DNA from: Candidatus Daviesbacteria bacterium
Lineage (GTDB): Bacteria; Patescibacteriota; Microgenomatia; Daviesbacterales; UBA10151
Direction: 5' to 3'
Length of the DNA stretch: 43,913 nucleotides
NCBI GenBank assembly: GCA_016186985.1
Contig: JACPKO010000038.1
Coordinates: 1 to 43,913 of the forward strand
The stretch's first letter is position 1; each line of letters begins with the position of its first letter. Below the pieces are notes generated by a model that did not search any database, was not told the origin of the DNA, and saw nothing but the letters and a program-made list of their open reading frames with translations. This document shows, one piece after another, positions 43,913 to 43,913 of this stretch. A program made the position numbers and the translations under genes.

Positions 43913-43913
43913 A

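Overview
AT-rich, densely packed 43.9 kb bacterial chromosomal fragment read in the standard code (TGA is used as a stop). I found no rRNA, tRNA, CRISPR array or transposase. The gene content and style suggest a small-genome uncultivated lineage such as CPR/Patescibacteria, but that is inference: few Shine-Dalgarno sites, fused or trimmed housekeeping genes, a very large type IV pilus locus, and cohesin-like surface proteins. Layout: (1) 1-2.9 kb, + strand: nusB (partial), an ACP-like gene, rnc, rpsP, a KH-domain gene and trmD. (2) 2.9-18.6 kb, - strand: one long type IV pilus (T4P) cluster (pilB, pilT, pilC, pilD, pilM, pilN and a pilO-like gene), eight prepilin-like genes and two PilX_N-like proteins, preceded on the same strand by M15 and M23 peptidase genes. 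(3) A TrmB-family regulator, a degraded holB-like remnant and gyrB. (4) Two GT-B glycosyltransferases (- strand). (5) A tightly coupled peptidoglycan-precursor operon: a GlmU(N-terminal)-MurC fusion, murD, an alpha/beta hydrolase and a membrane-anchored MurF-like ligase. (6) eno and a frameshifted gpmA. (7) DsbA-like, DsbB-like and ddl (- strand). (8) gyrA plus a small coupled membrane protein. (9) A P-type ATPase and membrane proteins, a PaaX-like regulator, a Xer recombinase and two cohesin-like surface proteins. The signals most worth a second look are: (a) short GC-rich palindromic insertions of 27 or 42 nt, sitting in frame inside conserved genes (murD, P-type ATPase, murC, a pilX-like gene, a glycosyltransferase) and sharing ends with intergenic copies or terminator hairpins; (b) perfect 4-copy heptanucleotide repeats inside trmD and at the break point of the holB-like remnant; (c) a recurring promoter layout that places a -10 box 6-9 nt upstream of start codons, implying leaderless mRNAs; (d) unusual cell-wall enzyme architectures; and (e) an ACP-like protein that lacks the phosphopantetheine-attachment serine.
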